Source: Octopus bimaculoides | Taxonomy: Eukaryota | DNA: 64,000 nucleotides | Direction of reading: 5' to 3' | NCBI RefSeq assembly: GCF_001194135.2 | Contig: NC_068981.1 | Location: 74,741,366 to 74,805,365 of the forward strand | Shown here: positions 1-10,379 of the stretch, in pieces | Layout of the letters: each line of letters opens with the position of its first letter | Position numbering within the stretch: the stretch's first letter is position 1 | The notes under the pieces: generated by a model | Seen by the model: the letters and a program-made list of their open reading frames with translations, nothing else | Databases searched by the model: none | What the model was told of the DNA's origin: nothing | Position numbers and translations under genes: made by a program

Positions 1-162
1 TATATATATTCATATAAATATTCATACATGCATATATACATATATTCATTTGTATACATATATGTGTGTGTTGTATATATACATATATATGTATATGTAT
101 ATGTCTGTACGTATATGTATTTATGTATATATATATGTGTAAATGTATATATATATATATAC

Positions 163-208
<46 letters not shown>

Positions 209-226
209 ACACACATACAATCACAC
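1..226. repeat. Compound (TA)n/(TG)n/(CA)n microsatellite
   Basis: Dinucleotide runs seen directly; ORFs 28..396 and 66..332 are mostly translations of this repeat. Confidence 0.95.
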
Positions 227-488
227 ATACACTCATCGACAAACTTACATTAAAACAACACGTTTTCTGTTTTATTTCATTTGTTCATATAGCAATGGCA
301 TGCCATTTGGTTTATCATCTCCATCATTTTGATCTAACACCTGGAACAAACATATCAACTGTTATAGAAACAAAGACTGACAACAACGTCAATTAAATGA
401 TACTACAAGAGACTGAGAATAAATATAGAATGAAACACGATTACATTCGTCGCCCAGTGTTTAATATATTTTATGTGTATTGTGGTTC

Positions 489-872
489 GGAGGTGCGATG
501 GCCCAGTGGTTAGGGCAGCGGACTCGCGGTCATAGGATCGCGGTTTCGATTCCCAGACCGGGCGTTGTGAGTGTTTATTGAGCGAAAACACCTAAAGCTC
601 CATGAGGCTCCGACAGGGGATGGTGGCGAACCCTGCTGTACTCTTCCACCACAACTTTCTCTCACTCTTACTTCCTGTTTCTGTTGTGCCTGTAATTCAC
701 AGGGTCAGCCTTGTCACACTGTGTCACGCTAAATATCCCCGAGAACTACGCTAAGGGTACACGTGTCTGTGGAGTGCTCAGCCACTTGCACGTTAATTTC
801 ACGAGCAGGCTGTTCCGTTGATCAGATCAACTGGAACCCTCGACGTCGTAAGCGGCGGAGTGCCAACACACA
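489..872 (+). mobile_element. tRNA-derived SINE, family A (resembles octopus OK-type SINE), full length with TSD
   Basis: Pol III A box (TGGCCCAGTGG) and B-box-like GGTTTCGATTCCC; near-identical copy at 8884-9272; 12-bp TSD GTATTGTGGTTC at 477-488 and 873-884. Confidence 0.9.
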
Positions 873-1270
873 GTATTGTGGTTCACACCACATTTGTGTC
901 GTTTACTTTCGTATATGTACGGAGGTGAAGAATTATGTGATTGCGAGTTCGATTCCACTCTGTGGTGATTGTAACTTTATCTCAAGTCAAATTATATCTA
1001 ATGAGTGTGATTTACTGAAGGGGGACAGCGTGTGTCTATATACATAAATGGATATACCCCATAAATATATATATAAAAAAGAGGTGAGGACCGAAATCCT
1101 TCAGAGAGATCTCAAACATCTAAGTCCGTCAGAACATTTCAAGTAAAGAATATATATATAAAAATATATATTCAATAATTGCGAAAACAGTAAATGAAAT
1201 ATAAGAAGAAAAAAATTCTAAGTGTAGACGAACTTTAATTCAATTCAAATCTAAGTTGGTACAGAGTCAA

Positions 1271-1370
1271 TATACATTCTACAAATTGTTTCGGAGTCTA
1301 ATAAATTCCAAAGACAAAGACGAAAAGCTCTTCATGAAATACAAATTAGATTCCTCATCAGGAATTACAT
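1271..1370 (-). ncRNA. Type I hammerhead ribozyme motif in PLE pLTR
   Basis: Minus strand: attc-CTGATGA (1361-1355)-ggaatctaat...attagactcc (stem II, 9/10 pairs)-GAAAC (1292-1288)-aattt-GTA-gaat (stem I attc/gaat). Confidence 0.75.
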
Positions 1371-1813
1371 ACTGGTATGAAGAATGGTTACGACCAACAA
1401 AAATATACAAAGACCTTTGGTAGCCTAGACGTGAATAAATAAATGAAAGATAACAAGAACGCCAGATATTCAAAACTAGAAAAAAATATGTATTTATAAA
1501 TGTCCTTATTTAAACTTAATAATATGGTAAAATCAAACGAAAATAAAAATAAAAAATAAAATTTAAAAAAAACAAATCTTTTGTTTACAAAATAGCTTTC
1601 TACAAGTAAAACAGTAGAACGGCTAAAGAGAGAGAAAGTAGTATCGGTGAAGGGAGAGGAGAGAGAGGTAATACAGTGAAGGAGAGGCGGAGAGAGTAAT
1701 AGTCATGAGTGAGAGAGTAATGACCGTTTGAGAAAGAAGAACGCGGAGTGTATCTTCTGTTCTCAACATACGAATGAGAAAGGAAGAGGCGAATAAAGTA
1801 AAAGACAGCCATT
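1271..1813 (-). mobile_element. Inverted pseudo-LTR at the truncated 5' end of a Penelope-like element
   Basis: 1495-1813 is the reverse complement of 2721-3020, and 1271-1408 of 3470-3599; it abuts a GIY-YIG fragment in the opposite orientation, the typical PLE inverted-pLTR arrangement. Confidence 0.8.
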
Positions 1814-2114
1814 ATATTTGTTCTTCCGCTAATTACATTAAGAAAAGGGTTTCGAATCATTACCATTCCTTTAGGAACAGAAATAGGGCTTCTTCTACTA
1901 GTCTTAGTAATTTCATCTAAAATCTTAAAGATAATAATAAAACGTACTTTTAGGGACGGTTCCGGCTTATAAAATTGGTAATAGCTTCTGTTCTCTTTGT
2001 TCTGAGGAATTATTTTTGATTCTATTTTCGTGAAGAAGGCTGCTGGACTCTAAATCTGAAAGGAGTTTTTTCTGTGTTCATAAGAATAAATGCGTATTTA
2101 AAAATTTTAAATAA
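1813..2114 (+). pseudogene. PLE GIY-YIG endonuclease C-terminal half, 5'-truncated, with stops and a frameshift
   Basis: Translates as YICSSANYIKKRVSNHYHSFRNRNRASSTSLSNFI*NLKDNN then (shifted frame) AYKIGNSFCSLCSEELFLILFS*RRLLDSKSERSFFCVHKNKCVFKNFK*, matching the PLE EN pattern YIG..R..NH..SF, TxLSxxIWxLK, CxLCxxE, LNxRSE..CxH. Confidence 0.8.
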
Positions 2115-2590
2115 GGTTGTCTATTATAAGTGTTTTATTAGATGATTTAGTGGGTTTTTTTGTGAGTTTGATAATTTCGGTTTCATCCTTTGGTTCTTTT
2201 ACTATTCTAGTTGGTTCCTCTATCTTGTTTTTCTTTTTAATTTAATTTTTAAGATATTGTGAGTATTTTAATTTTGGTCCATGTGTGTTTGTGAGACGGT
2301 GAATTTTTACATTTAATTAATTTAATTATCTTACTACCGTTTTGTTATTTCTATATTTATTTATTAGCTGACCCGTGCCATTTATAATTGTTGGCTTATT
2401 GTTATTTTAAACACGATACAAAATGAAGTACAGAACAATCACAAATACAAGCCTTCAAGTATTTCCCAATCACACACATAGATACACATAGTCAAACAAA
2501 TTTGGAATGATCTCAGTTTTTATCTTCAGAGTTGTACGTTTCCATTACGCACGCATGGGAACGTTTCCATCACGCACGCACACACTCACA

Positions 2591-2636
<46 letters not shown>

Positions 2637-2720
2637 TCCGTACACGCATACACACACACAAACATTCACATACCTCCATTTTTCATATACACATGATACA
2701 CATATACCGACACAGAGTTG

Positions 2721-3599
2721 AATGACTGTCTTTTACTTTATTCGCCCCTTCCTTTCTCATTCGTATGTTGAGAAGAGAATATACGCTCCGCGTTCTTCTT
2801 TCTCAAACGGTCATTACTCCCTCACTCTCTCACTCATGACTATTACTCTCTCCACTTCTCCTTCACCGTATTACTTTTTCTCTCCTCTCTCTTCACTGAT
2901 ACTACTTTATCTCTCTTTAGCCGTTCTACTGTTTTTACTTGTAGAAGGTTATTTTGTAAACAAAAGATTTGTTTTTTATTTGAATTTACCATATTATTAA
3001 GTTTAAATAAGGACATTATATATATATATATATATATAAAGTGTAGTATATTGCCACTTAAGTGTGGCTGACCCCTAGGGGTGGATGTTACTGTTGCTTT
3101 TAGCCCCAGGAGGACATCTCCTCCAGCTGGCTTATCGACACACNNNNNNNNNNNNNNNNNNNNNNNNNNNNNNNNNNNNNNNNNNNNNNNNNNNNNNNNN
3201 NNNNNNNNNNNNNNNNNNNNNNNNNNNNNNNNNNNNNNNNNNNNNNNNNNNNNNNNNNNNNNNNNNNNNNNNNNNNNNNNNNNNNNNNNNNNNNNNNNNN
3301 NNNNNNNNNNNNNNNNNNNNNNNNNNNNNNNNNNNNNNNNNNNNNNNNNNNNNNNNNNNNNNNNNNNNNNNNNNNNNNNNNNNNNNNNNNNNNNNNNNNN
3401 NNNNNNNNNNNNNNNNNNNNNNNNNNNNNNNNNNNNNNNNNNNNNNNNNNNNNNNNNNNNNNNNNNNNATTTTCGTTGGTCGTAATCATTCATACCAGTA
3501 TGTAATTCCTGACGAGGAATCTAATTTGTATTTCATGGAGAGTTTTTCGTCTTTGTCTTTAGAATTAATTAGACTCCGAAACAACTTGTAGAATGTATA
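2721..3599 (+). mobile_element. 3' pseudo-LTR of the same Penelope-like element (interrupted by a TA run, a short insert and an N gap)
   Basis: Homologous (inverted) to 1271-1813; homology ends 9 nt after the predicted hammerhead cleavage site. Confidence 0.75.
3500..3599 (+). ncRNA. Type I hammerhead ribozyme motif in PLE pLTR
   Basis: attc-CTGACGA (3509-3515)-ggaatctaat (3516-3525)/attagactcc (3568-3577)-GAAAC (3578-3582)-aactt-GTA (3588-3590)-gaat. Confidence 0.75.
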
Positions 3600-3872
3600 G
3601 TGGGTATCTTTTCCCTTTGGCCGGCACATTTAAAAAATGAATTTTTGTTACTAAACACTTTCAAAATTCGTATACTGGTAGAATGTGTCACATAAAACGT
3701 CATTCACTTTTGGCGTTTTTGAGAAAATTGTGTATTTTCGAAGTTATTTCGTGTTAAATTTGTCGTATTTCGGTAATTTCAACCAATCAATATATTAAAC
3801 TCGTGATTACATGCATGTACGTTTCTAAATGTTTGTGTGTGTTTGTGTGTGTTTGTGTGTTTGTGTGTTTGT

Positions 3873-3918
<46 letters not shown>

Positions 3919-4226
3919 GTGTGACGTCCTATAATTGTCTGTCCTTCTACTTCCCTGTTGCTGTCACATATAGGTGTGTGTGTCAGTTGTGTATATCAAC
4001 TACGTGTGTTATTGGTTGTATGTGTTTGTGTGTGTGTGTGTGTGTGTATGGGCGTGTGCATGCGCATGTGCAAATATCTCAGCGTTAATGGCTGCTGTAT
4101 ACGCGTGCGTGTGCGAACGTATTTAAGACACATGTATAGCTGTGTGCGCATGTGGACGATCGATGAACGTATGTACATTCATGCATTCGTATGTTAACGT
4201 ATAAATGTGTACGTGTCGTGTGTGTG

Positions 4227-4259
<33 letters not shown>

Positions 4260-4260
4260 T

Positions 4261-4645
4261 ACAAGTTCAGGTTTATGCCTGTAATTATTGGAGCCCTAGG
4301 ATATGTAACACACTGCCTAAGTACCAATCTTGAGAAATTAGGCTTCTCAAAACCAGAAAGGCGAAAGATAATTCGAAGATTACAGACTCAATTCATCATG
4401 GGAACTGTAAAAATCTGTAAAACTTTCCAGAAGTTTATCATTTAAATATATATGAGTATGTCTAGATATGCAACAATATGCATGAGAATACATACATAAA
4501 ACATACAAATCTGCACATACATACATACATACATACACACATACATACCCTGTTGTTGATGTTGAAATTCCAATGAAGGAACCTTGGATCTATGTTAGAA
4601 ACTGGTTCTTTATTGGCAAGTAATCTTGAAATAAACTGAATAAGG

Positions 4646-4648
<3 letters not shown>
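4261..4648 (+). mobile_element. R4/Dong-type REL-endonuclease LINE, 3' end fragment
   Basis: YKFRFMPVIIGALGYVTHCLSTNLEKLGF...GTVKICKTFQKFII* plus 3' UTR homologous to 13740-14095; preceded by (CATA)n. Confidence 0.8.
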
Positions 4649-4679
<31 letters not shown>

Positions 4680-4683
<4 letters not shown>

Positions 4684-5380
4684 TATAACTTGGTATAAGA
4701 AGAGACAAACATTTAGATAATCATTTATATTTATGATTTACATTAACATAATAAATACATAAATACATACATAGATATAACATAAAATTACAGCAAGACA
4801 AAGAGCATATTTATATATTATTTAGAAAGAGATAAGAGTTATATGAGGTAAAAATGTACATGAAAATGGTAAATAAATTAAGGTTGATATATCGATTAAA
4901 ATCATATTAAATTTAAATTTAAGGTTAAAGGGCGTTGAAATAAGGATTAAATGTTATAAAATACATCGGCTGTAGTGGGAAATCCTAATTATGGATTTAA
5001 AAGTTTAGAAGAGTTCCGAAGAAATGCTTTATAGAGGGCTAAACGTCAATATAAAGCAATTTAAGAGCCGTTTCTGGAGTCCATTAGTCAACAGGTATGA
5101 ATCATTTAGATTCACACTGACATGTCCCCTTCATCAGGAATAAGTAAATAGATAATTAATCAAGTTTGAAGACATTTAAGAGAAAGGAAAGAAAGGAAAG
5201 AAATGTTTGGTTACATTACGTTAGTCATCGGCTACTCCATCAGATAGTAATATGCGCCTTGTCTTGTTGTAATTTTATGTTATATCTATATATGTATTTA
5301 TGTATTTATTATGTTGATGAAAATCATAAATATAAATGATTATCTAAATTTTTGTCTCTTCTTATACCAAGTTATAATGT
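4680..5380. mobile_element. ~700-bp element with ~132-bp inverted terminal repeats and an internal degenerate hammerhead (probable PLE pLTR inversion)
   Basis: 4680-4811 and 5249-5380 are reverse complements with roughly 7 mismatches; internal minus-strand CTGATGA...GAAAC. Confidence 0.7.
5060..5145 (-). ncRNA. Degenerate hammerhead ribozyme motif
   Basis: CTGATGA (5137-5131), extended stem II containing tgaatc/gattca and gtcag/ttgac helices, GAAAC (5074-5070); cleavage triplet and stem I are decayed. Confidence 0.45.
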
Positions 5381-5537
5381 CTAACGTCTCGGGTTCGATC
5401 TGAGCACTACCAAGCAATCGAGTAAAAAAACTTTTTCGAAAGTAAAAAACAACATATATATATATATTGGATTTCTAAATCGCTCAGAAAGATTTATACA
5501 GTAGCAGCACGATAAGGTGATGTTATGTTGCCAACAT

Positions 5538-5667
5538 AATGTGGCAGTCCCATGAAAGAGGAGAATGCTACTGCTATTTAACCCTAGGAAACACCGTTTC
5601 CAGTTGACCAGGACACATTTTCTGTGTGCAGCAGTAGCATTCTCCCCTTTCATGGGACTGCCACATT
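5538..5667. repeat. Inverted repeat: 38-bp arms (1 mismatch), 54-nt spacer
   Basis: AATGTGGCAGTCCCATGAAAGAGGAGAATGCTACTGCT (5538-5575) versus its reverse complement at 5630-5667. Confidence 0.95.
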
Positions 5668-6026
5668 TAGTATGCCTTGCCTCTTGTGAAAAACGCCACA
5701 TCTTCTTTCTTCAAATACTCCTCCACATCCTCCTTAGTTGCGCACTCTATTCTTTTAGTTTTCTTTGAAAAGGATTTATATTCTACCACCGTAATTTCCA
5801 TTTTCGCCTTTTCCTCCTCTGACAGGATCAACTTTCCATTTTGCCCCTCTTTCTGTATTATATCTAGATATTTTCCAAATTTCTCAGCCATATCTTCATT
5901 CCAGCGGATTTCGTATTGCTTCAGCAGGCCTGGAACGACGGAAGCCCGACTCCCCGTTGTTGTCGTATATGTCTTCATTTTCTTCAATGTGGCGTTATAC
6001 TCAAAAACTACCGCAAAGCAGCACAA
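5580..6026 (-). pseudogene. Possible LINE ORF1/gag-like remnant
   Basis: Non-repetitive 119-aa ORF (MKTYTTTTGSRASVVPGLLKQYEIRW...EDVAFFTRGKAY*) continuing past one TAA into MWQSHERGECYCCTQK, a knuckle-like Cys cluster. The family assignment is a guess. Confidence 0.35.
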
Positions 6027-6117
6027 AACGATTCAACCAACAAAAAAACCGCAGCGAAGCCAAAACACGCCCGACAAGTAAATCTTGCAACTATTGAATG
6101 AACAATTATTAAAACAT

Positions 6118-6250
6118 TTTATTTAAAATGTAAGTAGAAAAGGAAAGTCGCGGTTCCGCCTCGGAGCGGGGCAGGAAATTGTTATTTAAAATGTAAGGTT
6201 AAAAAAAAAAAAAGGAGATCACGGTTTTATCTCAGAGCGGAGCCGTGATG
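6118..6250 (+). repeat. Two imperfect ~64-bp tandem units
   Basis: Both begin TTATTTAAAATGTAAG and contain AAAAGGA..TC.CGGTT....CTC.GAGCGG.GC. Confidence 0.7.
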
Positions 6251-6704
6251 ACCGTCTCATTTTCATTGTAATTTAATTCATTTTACATTCACCCTTTCAT
6301 GTGTTTTTTGTTCTCGCATGTCTGTGAATGTCCCAGCTGTGTTTAAGCCTTGTGCCTGTAATAAAGAATTCAGCTAGCAAGCCACGCCCTTTTCTTCGAC
6401 ACTTTTGGATATTCGCTGCTACCAACGTTGTGTGAGTTCGTTCCTGTATATTGTATGTTACATTTTGTGTTTAATTTTTCTACTGTGATTTGAACTGCTG
6501 TTCGTTTTGGAACTGTAATATTCGCCCTCAGAGGTAGAAAATTATGCTGGAATTTTTATTCCTGAAAATATTTTTTACTATTGAACTGTTTTATGTTAAC
6601 CGTGTCAAGTTACCAAATTTATTTTATTGTTGGTCATTTGTGACAAAGTTTTGAAAAAAAAAAGAAAAAAAAAAGAAAAAAAAAATTCACAATGAATCTT
6701 AATA

Positions 6705-6746
6705 TTGCGCATCCTTTCCCATCTTGGGATGGGAAAGGATGCGCAA
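6705..6746. repeat. Perfect 19-bp hairpin with 4-nt loop
   Basis: TTGCGCATCCTTTCCCATC-TTGG-GATGGGAAAGGATGCGCAA. Confidence 0.95.
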
Positions 6747-6999
6747 GTAACGACAAGGAAGAACAAATAGGAGCGAACGTACAGAATCAGAGGTCCGGAT
6801 GGACCAGTTGTTTAAGTTTAGGACTTTAATAAAAAAAATGTGGCGGTGACACGAAACTGTTTCCGCCCCCGGAAAGAGTGCAGGCAATTAATGCCCGTAC
6901 AGTTGTATCTAAGATATACAACATAAAAGAAAAAAAAAGAATTATGGAGGCGAAAAGGAAGTGGTAATGAGGTGTATGACACTAATATGGAATAAAGTA

Positions 7000-7065
7000 T
7001 GCTACGTCAGCCGTGGAACGCGATGCGCAACCGTTGAAGCGCAGTTTCAAACGGCTGACGTAGCA
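7000..7065. repeat. Perfect 15-bp inverted repeat inside ORF1 coding sequence
   Basis: TGCTACGTCAGCCGT (7000-7014) / ACGGCTGACGTAGCA (7051-7065), with further imperfect pairing inside the loop. Confidence 0.9.
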
Positions 7066-8454
7066 AAAGAAGTGTCAACAAAGACACAAAAACGACGAAA
7101 TTATGCTGCTACCCACACACTTGGGCCGCAGAACGGCGAAAGTCACGGTAGAAGATATACCAGCTGGTTATGAAGTGATGTGGGTAGCAGCGGTGGTCAT
7201 ATATGACGTTGAAGAAGTATCCAGCTTGCAAATGAAGAGGAGGGACGCCGTAAACTGGTGAAGCCAGACAAACCAAACTCTGGAAAATTTACCCGATAGA
7301 GTACTTGCGGAGGAGGGGCTGACAATGCGAGTAGCTGTGGATGCGTCAAGTGTGGAGAGAAGGGTCACGTCTGCTCCAAGTGTACCAAAAAGAAAAAAAT
7401 GAGAATGAAGCCTCTCCCCAGAAAGCTGCGAAGGAAACATTAGCAGACAGACCAGAAAGTACAGCAGAAGGGAAGGAGGAGAGAACAACGGAAGAAAAGA
7501 ACCAAACTACCGAGGAGATGGAGTTTACGACGGTGACTCATAAGCGTAAGAAGGCACAAGTTCCTGATTCCCCTCCCCAAACAAACAAAAATAAAAAAAC
7601 AAACACAAAACACACAGACACACAAAACCAAACTCCACAGCCCAAGGCCACAGCAAGGCCATTTGTCAAACCCTTCCTTAAATTATATGTAAAAAACTAT
7701 AGAGTTCCGGGAAAAGAAGGAGCCATTAGCGAGAGTCATTAGAGCACACCACGACACACGAGTGATTAGAGTAACGAAAAAAGCACGGACGGACGTTGGG
7801 TACGTAAAAATAAACGAGAAACTGTTTACGGATATGAAGGCGAGGTATCTGGAAGACATAACTTGGAGGGTGATAAGGTTTAGAAAGATTCATCCAGGTA
7901 TAGAAAGATTCCACCTTTTTGTCTCGTTTCTTCAGGAGAATTCGCGGCCTTCGGAATATAACTTCCAACATCGACAGGGCTTTACCTTCATAACACGGCG
8001 CACACGATTGCTAGTTCTGTCTCTGCAAAAGACTGCATCTTCTCCACAATCTGCTGTATCCACAATAAGAAACATGAGTTATCTTATTGCTACCACCAGA
8101 GGTACGCTCACCTGGTGAACTTCAAACTACTGGCCGCGGACAACCCAGATATACCACCTAAACATTGAAAGCACTTCAACACTGGTTACCCCAGACCCAT
8201 TGGCAGGGCTTCTAACCATCGATGCCTACGCAAACCACAAGACGTCCTCACCTTATGCATACCCTGTAACACCCTACCTTCGCCTCTATAAATGTGAGCG
8301 TGCGCGCGCAAACACTCGCTCACCATTCACACACACCTCTCCTCTCTTTCTTTTTCAATATACGCCACCAAACCTCAGCCCAACACCAATTTCCCTCAGC
8401 AATGCTGTTGAGACTACATTAGTATACATCTGTCATGCTCCCATACATAAATAC

Positions 8455-8489
<35 letters not shown>

Positions 8490-8883
8490 TACAAGATGGA
8501 GTGTACTTGTGAGTGAGGCCTTGCTAATGAGATATATTCTCTATTTTTTAATGCAGTCATGAATACTTTTGTGTGTAACTGAAGCAAAGTTCCAGATGTA
8601 TGAGATCGATTGCATTAATCGCCTCGTTTGAGCTTTGCTGAGAGTCGGAAGTTCTTCAGATGTGAAATATTTCATGACTCTGAAACAGGATGCTATGCTT
8701 TGTGTTGCAGTCTTTTACATGTTGTGAATGTAAAATCAGCAGAGGAGACAATCATTGACTTTGAATCGTTGCATTTGTAGTAACTTTGTGAGAACTTGTA
8801 AGGTAAAATGTCGTTTCCTTGCAACAGGGTATAAATGCCAAAGATGTATTCTTTCGTTTTTATGTCGCGTGTATAAGGCAAAA

Positions 8884-9272
8884 TGGGTGGAGGCGCAATG
8901 GCCCAGTGGTTAGGGCATCGGACTCGCGGTCATAGGATCGCGGTTTCGATTCCCAGACCGGGCGTTGTGAGTGTTTATTGGGCGAAGACACCTAAAGCTC
9001 CACGAGGCTCCGGCAGGGGATGGTGGCGAGCCTGCTGTATTCTTTCACCACAACTTTCTCTCACTCTTACTTCCTGTTTCTGTTGTGCCTGTAATTCAAA
9101 GGGTCAACCTTGTCACACTGTGTCACGCTGAATATCCCCGAGAACTACGTTAAGGGTACACGTGTCTGTGAAGTGCTCAGCCACTTGCACGTTAATTTCA
9201 CGAGCAGGCTGTTCCGTTGATCGGATCAACTGGAACCCTCGTCGTCGTAAGCGACGGAGTGCCAACAACAAA
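8884..9272 (+). mobile_element. tRNA-derived SINE, family A, full length with 21-bp TSD
   Basis: Paralog of 489-872; TSD ATGTCGCGTGTATAAGGCAAA at 8862-8882 and 9273-9293. Confidence 0.92.
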
Positions 9273-9533
9273 ATGTCGCGTGTATAAGGCAAATGATAAA
9301 TCAGACATTATACAGCGAAGGATTTGATTTCAGCTCTACAAATAAAAAATGTTCTGATAAAGTTAACATATTTATATTTTGTGCCTGAGATAGACGAGAA
9401 TGTTCCCAGTAAAGTCCAGCGTCTGATTAAACGATAGAAATCTTTAAAATGTTTCTGGTCATTGGACTTTCATGTATTTTGGCGCTTATTGCAATTAAAC
9501 AAAACACCAATTATGATTAATACTAGGTGGATT

Positions 9534-9773
9534 ATAAGGCGGCGAGCTGGCAGAAACGTTAGCACGCCGGGCGAAATGCTTTGCGGTATTTCGTCTGCTG
9601 TAACATTCTGAGTTCAAATTCCGCCGAAGTCGACTTTGCCTTTCATCCTTTCGGGTTCGATTAAATATGTATCAGTTACGCACTGGGGTCGATGTAATCG
9701 ACTTAATCCCTTTGTCTGTCCTTGTTTGTCCCCTCTGTGTGTAGCCCCTTGTGGGCAGTAAAGAAATAAGAAA
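9534..9773 (+). mobile_element. tRNA-derived SINE, family C (Meta/MESC-like core)
   Basis: GGCGAGCTGGCAGAA head, B box GAGTTCAAATTCC, core GTCGACTTTGCCTTTCATCCTTTCGGG; 16-bp TSD with 1 mismatch at 9518-9533 / 9774-9789; several paralogs in the window. Confidence 0.85.
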
Positions 9774-10343
9774 TAATACCAGGTGGATTGTATAAGGGAA
9801 AATTAAGTTTTTTTCCCAAGGTACGGCAACAAAGTCTGATGATAAAGTCAATCATATAGGCACTTAAGGAACTCTTCCAGTTCCCTTTTCTACTGAATAG
9901 TAGAGGCAATCCCTTATGTTGACAGATTCTTCGATCATGATTTAACGATGCATTACGGATGTCTATATGACAATTAAATTACTTTTTGTATCTGCTGATA
10001 TTTACACGATCTTTTGATACACACTGCTTCAATACAAAAAGTCTACATCTAAATAAAGTTAATGGAAACTACTATTTATTTGCTTGCACAGCAAATAATA
10101 TTCCAGAATGTGTAACTTTTTTTAAAGCAGTATTTTACCTGCAGCAACATGATACTTATTTACTCAATGCTATTGACCTGCTGTCTGTATTTTACAGCAT
10201 TTGTAGTAACAATGCACACGTCTAAAAGAATTGATCATGACTGCTACAGGCCTTACAGTTCATTGTAAGCTTTCTTCCATTGTCTCTTTATTAAAACAGT
10301 TCAGTTGCAGTACACCCCCCCCACACATATAAATTCACATGCA

Positions 10344-10379
<36 letters not shown>

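Larger units (their letters stand above)
6700..8488 (+). mobile_element. ORF1-only non-LTR element (L1/Tx1-like ORF1; HAL1-like non-autonomous), decayed
   Basis: Frameshifted ORF ~6950-8168: ...LPTHLGRRTAKVTVEDIPAGYEVMWVAAVV..., CX2CX4HX4C knuckle CVKCGEKGHVCSKC, low-complexity linker, GYVKINEKLFTDMKARYLEDITWRVI, Cys/His-rich end (DCIFSTICCIHNKKHELSYCYH); no EN/RT follows; ends in (CA)n. Confidence 0.6.

Noticed and set aside
6655-6746. Hairpin plus T-run on the minus strand as an intrinsic terminator
   Set aside because: Eukaryotic context, and the T tract is 19 nt away from the stem.
8560-10250. Non-repetitive, possibly coding stretch interrupted by two SINEs (e.g. LIYHLPYTRDIKTKEYIFGIYTLLQG after removing the SINE)
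   Set aside because: Stops in all frames and no recognisable motif; a product cannot be supported without a homology search.
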